Sequence record: OL631480
Direction: 5' to 3' (one strand)
DNA: 64,000 nt
Source: Escherichia phage ECML-123-2
Part shown: positions 58,942 through 64,000 of the stretch, piece after piece
Layout: each line of letters begins with the position of its first letter
Position numbering within the stretch: the stretch's first letter is position 1
Program-made: the position numbers and the translations under genes
The notes under the pieces: generated by a model
Told to the model about the DNA's origin: nothing
Seen by the model: the letters and a program-made list of their open reading frames with translations, nothing else
Database searches by the model: none

Positions 58942-59397
58942 TTAAAAGAGGCTGTTCATTATTCGGTAAAGTGAAGGACCCATCACATATTGCCACTGAG
59001 TACGAGGAATAAGAGCAAAAGCATCCATCTCTGGAATCATAACGCCATCTTTATTTTCAAAATAAGACTCGCAATGGCAATTTCTAAACATCTCATGCTC
59101 TACTGGAATCGTATAATAAAATAACTGTAAGTCTTTATTACTAGAATATTTAAATACACCTAGGTCTTCTAGAAGGTCTGGATTATAATTGCTAAAACCG
59201 GTCTCTTCTAAGCATTCTCTTTTTGCAGCTTCCAGTGCATTCAAATCAGAACTTTCTACACGTCCCTTTGGAATATCCCAGCGATGTGCCATCATTCCAG
59301 GCTTACGAGAACCAGTAACCCGACCCATAAATAAATCTTTATCTTCTGTCATGAAGATAATACCAGCTGATAATGTTTTCATTTTAATTTCCTGCAT
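58942..59397 (-). CDS. nudE: Nudix hydrolase NudE
   Basis: 151 aa with Nudix box GRVESSDLNALEAAKRECLEETGF. Confidence 0.88.
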   Translation of the reverse strand: MQEIKMKTLSAGIIFMTEDKDLFMGRVTGSRKPGMMAHRWDIPKGRVESSDLNALEAAKRECLEETGFSNYNPDLLEDLGVFKYSSNKDLQLFYYTIPVEHEMFRNCHCESYFENKDGVMIPEMDAFALIPRTQWQYVMGPSLYRIMNSLF

Positions 59398-59867
59398 TCA
59401 GTGATAAAGTTATTTAAATTTTGAGCATATTTCTTTTCATCAAAAATCTTTTGTTGTCTGCGTAAACGCCATGGCATTTCAATGAACATACGCCATATTC
59501 CTGATAATACTGCTGCTGTAAAAATATTAACAAGTATAGTTAAAAGAACCCAATCTCCTATTCTGTCCATTGGATTTTTTATAAAAAAGTAAAATACGAA
59601 CGATGATATAGGAAGACTAATGATATACCACAGAAGAACCTTCTTATCTGTGAACCAATCAGCATTCGTTAACTTAGCGCGACCGTTTTGAATACATACG
59701 AACTTATCATCTGTTACAGTAAATGGCTTAGCTGCTTGATATCCCATTCTAAACTCCCTAATCAACAAATTTTTCATATCTTCGGAACAACCATTCCAGT
59801 CAACTCTATCAACTGAAATGCCATCATCCCCATCATCTAAATCATACCAGCGAGTTTTTAAAATCAT
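59379..59867 (-). CDS. membrane protein (e.2 position)
   Basis: 162 aa with two TM helices. Confidence 0.55.
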   Translation of the reverse strand: MILKTRWYDLDDGDDGISVDRVDWNGCSEDMKNLLIREFRMGYQAAKPFTVTDDKFVCIQNGRAKLTNADWFTDKKVLLWYIISLPISSFVFYFFIKNPMDRIGDWVLLTILVNIFTAAVLSGIWRMFIEMPWRLRRQQKIFDEKKYAQNLNNFITECRKLK

Positions 59868-60226
59868 TTAATTTTCCTACAATCACTCACAAACTCTTTC
59901 ATTGACTCATTTTCAATATAAGACATGTAGCTATTATATTCTTTTAATTGTATTTTGTAATCTTTTTTTCTTTGCCAATTTATTTTAAAATTATCATAAT
60001 GAAAATATAAAATGATACCAAAGAATGAAAACAATGAAATAATTTTAGTATAACAAAGCTCACTCCAAACTTCTGTTATATTTACTGTGCCGTCGATGTT
60101 TAAAATAAGACAGTCAATTAACAATCCAAAAAGACTACCTGCAAGAGCTGCAGCCAACGCCACAGCAAAAATTAAAAATGACTCAGAAAACGAATATTTG
60201 ACTTTATTTAGTTTTGGCTTTTGCAT
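59864..60226 (-). CDS. membrane protein
   Basis: 120 aa with hydrophobic segments. Confidence 0.55.
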   Translation of the reverse strand: MQKPKLNKVKYSFSESFLIFAVALAAALAGSLFGLLIDCLILNIDGTVNITEVWSELCYTKIISLFSFFGIILYFHYDNFKINWQRKKDYKIQLKEYNSYMSYIENESMKEFVSDCRKIK

Positions 60227-60621
60227 CGTGATTCCTTAACAAATTTCATAATTTCATCAAATTCATACGCAGCAAGTTTAAGCTGATGTTCCTTTTTAAT
60301 CTTTTTACACTGTGCTTTCCAATCACGTACGCGTTTACGATAATGCCTTCCTTGATACCAGTATCCTACCCAATTTACGGGTACTAATAAAAGTGGAACT
60401 ATTAATGGAAGAATTAGCATTAACACAAGTATTTCGCCAGAATCAATATCAGTCATAACATCTAAAACACCTCCAATAATCAATAGAATTACAAATGATA
60501 TGAGTATAACAGGACCTATTAACACATCAGTAGAAATTATCTGACGCTTTAATTCATACTTCAACGGTTTACTTGGAAGGTATAGTGATGGCTTTGACAT
60601 ATTCTCTACATTCCTTAACAA
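60208..60621 (-). CDS. membrane protein
   Basis: 137 aa with two TM helices. Confidence 0.5.
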   Translation of the reverse strand: MLRNVENMSKPSLYLPSKPLKYELKRQIISTDVLIGPVILISFVILLIIGGVLDVMTDIDSGEILVLMLILPLIVPLLLVPVNWVGYWYQGRHYRKRVRDWKAQCKKIKKEHQLKLAAYEFDEIMKFVKESRCKSQN

Positions 60622-61183
60622 ATTTTTCTAGTAATAAATCACTTTCAAAATTGGGATTTTCTACAAATTTATCAAAAAGATCATCAACAATAGTTAAGAT
60701 ATTCTTTTTACTAAGAATACGTTTATTTTCATGCTTCGTTTCAGAATCAACTATAAGAGTAAAGAAATATTTCTTGCCCTGAAATTTTACAGTAGTATCA
60801 ATATAAAATAAATTTGACTTTTGTAAATTACGTTTAAACCATGCGTCACTTAAACTATAAACACCGAGATAATCAAAATCGTCGTTTAAATAACAAACCG
60901 TCCATTCAGGAGAAATGAAATCAGTAAATTCAACATCAAAATCACACGTCAATGAATGAATTGATTCAATACTGTTAATGAGTATTCCAGGACGTATTAA
61001 AGACTTTTTACCTCTAGAAAATCTTCCGGAAAGGCTTTCATCAGTTTCATATGAAGACCCCCAATAGTAATTACGTCCTTCTGCCATGCGTTTAAGAGCA
61101 TTTAGTAATTGGTCTGGAACATCAACCTGTCTTTGGAACTCTTCAAACATTGAATTGAAATCACTTTGCATTTTCATTTTCAT
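60569..61183 (-). CDS. hypothetical protein
   Basis: 204-aa ORF. Confidence 0.6.
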   Translation of the reverse strand: MKMKMQSDFNSMFEEFQRQVDVPDQLLNALKRMAEGRNYYWGSSYETDESLSGRFSRGKKSLIRPGILINSIESIHSLTCDFDVEFTDFISPEWTVCYLNDDFDYLGVYSLSDAWFKRNLQKSNLFYIDTTVKFQGKKYFFTLIVDSETKHENKRILSKKNILTIVDDLFDKFVENPNFESDLLLEKFVKECREYVKAITIPSK

Positions 61184-61198
61184 TCCTATTTACTCCAA

Positions 61199-61223
61199 GT
61201 ATAAGGGGCCGAAGCCCCTTATC
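61199..61223 (-). terminator. UUCG-tetraloop terminator
   Basis: taaggggccgaagcccctta. Confidence 0.55.
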
Positions 61224-61224
61224 A

Positions 61225-61818
61225 TTATTTCAGAGAATTAATGTATTCCTGAACATCGGCAGAGGTAGTTTCAACCCCAGAAATATTACCGTTAAAGGTT
61301 TCAACTCGAGCAAGGGTATCTTCAATATCAACCTTAGTCAGTGCTGCAATTTCAACTACATCATCAGCAGTACTAATTCCAAGGGCATTCGCTGCACGAG
61401 TTTCACGGATATATTCCAATTTAACCGCAAGTTCTTGACGAGCATCATCTAACTCAACTACTTTCTTGGCGATTTCAATTCGCATTTCAGCATAACCGTC
61501 AGCCTTAGTAGTCAACTGCTCAGCTGTTCGACGATATAGTAAACCGAGTTTAGCATGCATTGTTACATCTTGGCCTTCGGAAAGAAGTTTACGAATTTCA
61601 CGCTCTTTTGATTCGGCCTGTCGATTCTTTTCGATAACAAGTTCACGAATACGTTTTTCTTCGTTAATAGATTTAACAGAAGCAGTTTTTAGATCTTTAA
61701 TTTTATCAAGTAGTTTTGCTGCTGCAGCAGTATACTGTTCTTCGACAGATAGATTTTTAGCCATAGCAGAACCAAGTTTAGTGCGAATAAACTCAACAAT
61801 TTTCTTCAGTGTGTTCAT
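61225..61818 (-). CDS. coiled-coil hypothetical protein
   Basis: 197-aa ORF, largely helical coiled coil. Confidence 0.6.
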   Translation of the reverse strand: MNTLKKIVEFIRTKLGSAMAKNLSVEEQYTAAAAKLLDKIKDLKTASVKSINEEKRIRELVIEKNRQAESKEREIRKLLSEGQDVTMHAKLGLLYRRTAEQLTTKADGYAEMRIEIAKKVVELDDARQELAVKLEYIRETRAANALGISTADDVVEIAALTKVDIEDTLARVETFNGNISGVETTSADVQEYINSLK

Positions 61819-61865
61819 AGTATTTCCTTAGGTTAATTGAGATTTAAAATCCATGAGAGTATTAT

Positions 61866-62039
61866 ACTCCGGATAGTTTGTAAACTATTTCAACATCGCC
61901 TTTTGCTGCTTTATAACCTTCAGCCCAAGATACAACCGAGTTTTTATCCGAAGATTCAAATTCTGGCATTGGGCTTTCGCCAATGTTCACGCAGTATGTT
62001 TCTTCATTTTCGTCGAACCAAATAATTAAAGTAGTCATT
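61866..62039 (-). CDS. small hypothetical protein (57 aa), not in ORF track
   Basis: MTTLIIWFDENEETYCVNIGESPMPEFESSDKNS... with SD ggagaaataa. Confidence 0.4.
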
Positions 62040-62107
62040 TATTTCTCCGTTTTCTGTATTTGTTTTGATAAGTCTATAATAACACCGTCCTTGGCGTTTG
62101 TACACAA

Positions 62108-62383
62108 TTATTTCATATTATTGAAATATTCTTCTGCGATTTCATCGTTATCATGGTAAACTTTAGAAGACAGTTTAACATAACCTTCAGCAGTGAACAT
62201 GTTAATCACAACCTTTACAGTATACCACTGACCATCTTCATTACCCATTACTGCATAGGTTTCAAACATCGGATGGTCAGGACCGATAACTTTAATATCA
62301 TTCACTGTACGACCGAAATCTTCTGAAACACATTTCATAAAGAAGTTGAACAGTTCGCCGTAATTATCCATTTCATTCTCCAA
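62108..62383 (-). CDS. hypothetical protein
   Basis: 91-aa ORF with SD ggagaatga and early promoter. Confidence 0.6.
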   Translation of the reverse strand: MENEMDNYGELFNFFMKCVSEDFGRTVNDIKVIGPDHPMFETYAVMGNEDGQWYTVKVVINMFTAEGYVKLSSKVYHDNDEIAEEYFNNMK

Positions 62384-62413
62384 GTTGTTTTTGTATCAGT
62401 AGTTGATAGTTGT

Positions 62414-62443
62414 ATAGTACCATGGAAGAACAGGGATGTAAAC
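62414..62443 (-). promoter_or_regulatory. T4-type early promoter (conserved family member)
   Basis: minus GTTTACatccctgttcttccatggTACTAT with the same upstream element as 21305..21334. Confidence 0.5.
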
Positions 62444-62576
62444 AGTTTTGTGAAAAAATTTTTTAAAAAGTTTTAGGGAATTCTAGGGCAGGGAGGGGCA
62501 ATTAAAAGATAGGATAATATATTATAAAGGGTAGAAACTAAATGATGTCTAGAGAGGCCCGGAAAGGCCTAGATAC

Positions 62577-62606
62577 CAAAAAGCCCCAACCTTTTGGTCG
62601 GGGCTA
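62577..62606 (-). terminator. rho-independent terminator after the internal-protein-like gene
   Basis: minus agccccgaccAAAAggttggggct followed by ttttgg. Confidence 0.6.
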
Positions 62607-62612
62607 AGAATG

Positions 62613-63086
62613 TTATTTGATTTGTTTAGCAGACCAAATGCGGTCTTTAATAATTTTTTGGATGTCTTCAACATACTCAAGAGAGTGAACATGTGGGTTA
62701 TCTTTGAAACTATAAGCACGAGCTAGCTTTTGGCCTTCAGTTTTGATTACTAAAAGCTCTTTAAGGATAGCTTCATATTTGGAGATAATTCCTTTAACAA
62801 TATTTTTCTCTTGTGTGACTTTAGGATCTGCTTTAGGAGCAGGTTTACCTGAAGCCTTTGCAAAAGCAGCTCCAGTAGCAACTAAACTTTTCCAAGCCAT
62901 ACTAACTGCATTCCCTGTAAATCCTTCGGCTTTCATATCACGAGCAAATTGGAATCGTGATTCATCGGAAGCATCTTTATAGGAATATTTACCCGCGGCA
63001 ATGGCAGCTTTTGCAACAGCTTGAATTTCAGTGCTAGATGCTTCATTTAACACCGCTTCATTTAAAAATTGAGTATATGATTTCAT
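62613..63086 (-). CDS. internal-protein-like protein with capsid targeting sequence
   Basis: 157 aa from ATG at 63086; N-terminus MKSYTQFLNEAVLNEA resembles T4 internal-protein CTS (MKTYQEFIAEA, cleavage after L-x-E). Confidence 0.55.
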   Translation of the reverse strand: MKSYTQFLNEAVLNEASSTEIQAVAKAAIAAGKYSYKDASDESRFQFARDMKAEGFTGNAVSMAWKSLVATGAAFAKASGKPAPKADPKVTQEKNIVKGIISKYEAILKELLVIKTEGQKLARAYSFKDNPHVHSLEYVEDIQKIIKDRIWSAKQIK

Positions 63087-63130
63087 CTTATTTCCTGTTT
63101 TAATTTGTAGATTTAATATACTAATATTTA

Positions 63131-63162
63131 TACCAAAAAGCCCCAACCTTTCGGTCGGGGCT
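63131..63162 (-). terminator. second copy of the same terminator hairpin, upstream of the internal-protein-like gene
   Basis: agccccaacctttcggtcggggct, near-identical to 62581..62604. Confidence 0.55.
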
Positions 63163-63164
63163 AA

Positions 63165-63469
63165 GCCTTGCGGCAACCTTGTCGGGGTTCCACCTGCTAA
63201 GGCAAGTGTTTGTACGAAACGCCGGGATTCGAACCCGGTTATTAAGTAGTTGACGCTACTCAATATTTTTAAAAGGCCATATCTCGACCATATCCGAACG
63301 TTCCGTCAAAAACGCTACTCGGCTTACGGCAAAGATATTTCCTCGAATCGATAATTCGGTGCGCCGTTTCTGCTGTGATAGTAAAGAGCCAGAACACAGT
63401 AAAACTGTGGGAGGAAACTATACTCCAGGGAACATCAGTCCGACGACTTACCGGTAGCGACCCGGTTTC
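63165..63469 (-). ncRNA. structured non-coding RNA region next to the tRNA genes (possible T4 stable RNA C/D-like)
   Basis: about 300 bp without a credible ORF; minus-strand tRNA-like T-arm ccgggTTCGAATcccgg; GC content above neighbours. Confidence 0.4.
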
Positions 63470-63820
63470 TTAATATTCTTTTAAAGAATCAATATATTCA
63501 CGGCGTTTACGCCACAAATCAATTGCTTCATACGCGGATTCAGCATTTCGAATTAGCCGGCATTTATGTAAAGACTTATGATTTTGATATTGTGTAGATA
63601 ACGGAATTGTATCTAAAAGGTCTTTACGATCAAAATATTCGTAACCATCTAAACCAAATGAACGATTTTTGAGAAATTGCCAATGACCATATTCGTTTTC
63701 GACATAAACATAATCTGCATGCTGATAAAGCAAATTAATTACACGTTCAGAAATAACAGTATCATTATGATTAAAATAGAATGTTAAATCATGAACTACT
63801 AAATAAACATTACCTTTCAT
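63470..63820 (-). CDS. hypothetical protein within the tRNA region
   Basis: 116-aa ORF. Confidence 0.5.
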   Translation of the reverse strand: MKGNVYLVVHDLTFYFNHNDTVISERVINLLYQHADYVYVENEYGHWQFLKNRSFGLDGYEYFDRKDLLDTIPLSTQYQNHKSLHKCRLIRNAESAYEAIDLWRKRREYIDSLKEY

Positions 63821-63838
63821 ATTTTCCTCACTTATAAT

Positions 63839-63914
63839 TGGTCGAGGCAGTAGGGATCGAACCTACGACCTAGGACTTAGAAGGTCCTTGCTCTTCCTTC
63901 TGAGCTATGCCCCG
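63839..63914 (-). tRNA. tRNA-Arg (anticodon TCT)
   Basis: 76 nt cloverleaf folded by hand: 7-bp acceptor stem, D/anticodon/T stems all pair, anticodon loop CUUCUAA, T-loop TTCGATC, encoded CCA. Confidence 0.85.
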
Positions 63915-63918
63915 TAAT

Positions 63919-63994
63919 TGGGGTGACCGATGGGAGTCGAACCCATGACTACGAGAATCACAATCTCGAGTTCTACCAACTGAACTACGGCCAC
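63919..63994 (-). tRNA. tRNA-His (anticodon GTG)
   Basis: 76 nt cloverleaf; anticodon loop UUGUGAU, C73 discriminator, ends ...CACCCCA like bacterial tRNA-His; encoded CCA. Confidence 0.75.
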
Positions 63995-64000
63995 ATTAAT

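Noticed and set aside
63165-63300. Third canonical tRNA around the TTCGAAT T-arm motif
   Set aside because: Could not pair an acceptor stem or standard anticodon arm by eye; left as structured RNA

Overview
This window is a T4-like (T-even, Tevenvirinae) phage genome segment running from rIIA at the left edge to the start of the tRNA cluster at the right edge. Almost every gene is on the minus strand and gene order matches the T4 early/middle region: rIIA, topoisomerase 39, dda, modA/modB, soc, 56, dam, 61, 41, 40, uvsX, 42, imm, 43, regA, 62/44/45, rpbA, 46/47, alpha-gt, 55, nrdH/G/D, 49, nrdC and its downstream ORF block, rI, tk, regB, denV, e, nudE, an internal-protein-like gene and two tRNAs. 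All calls rest on reading the six-frame translations, recalled T4 protein sequences and sizes, and motifs visible in the DNA; no database search was run. Differences from T4 proper that can be seen directly: a single fused 39+60 topoisomerase ORF, a 282-aa glycosyltransferase at the beta-gt locus, an intact nrdD with no intron, no homing-endonuclease genes, a 10-N assembly gap that truncates dda, and a tRNA with a GTG (His) anticodon. Regulatory signals are abundant: about 15 near-identical early promoters (GTTTAC, 18 bp, TAnnnT), several MotA-box middle promoters, many tetraloop terminator hairpins and the gene 43 translational operator hairpin. No single cassette stands out as clearly foreign; the most interesting candidates for undescribed function are the clusters of small or paralogous ORFs (61-41 island, nrdC-downstream block, pin locus, internal-protein cassette). 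The track reports some ORFs from non-ATG starts, so several starts were moved to the first ATG with a Shine-Dalgarno sequence.
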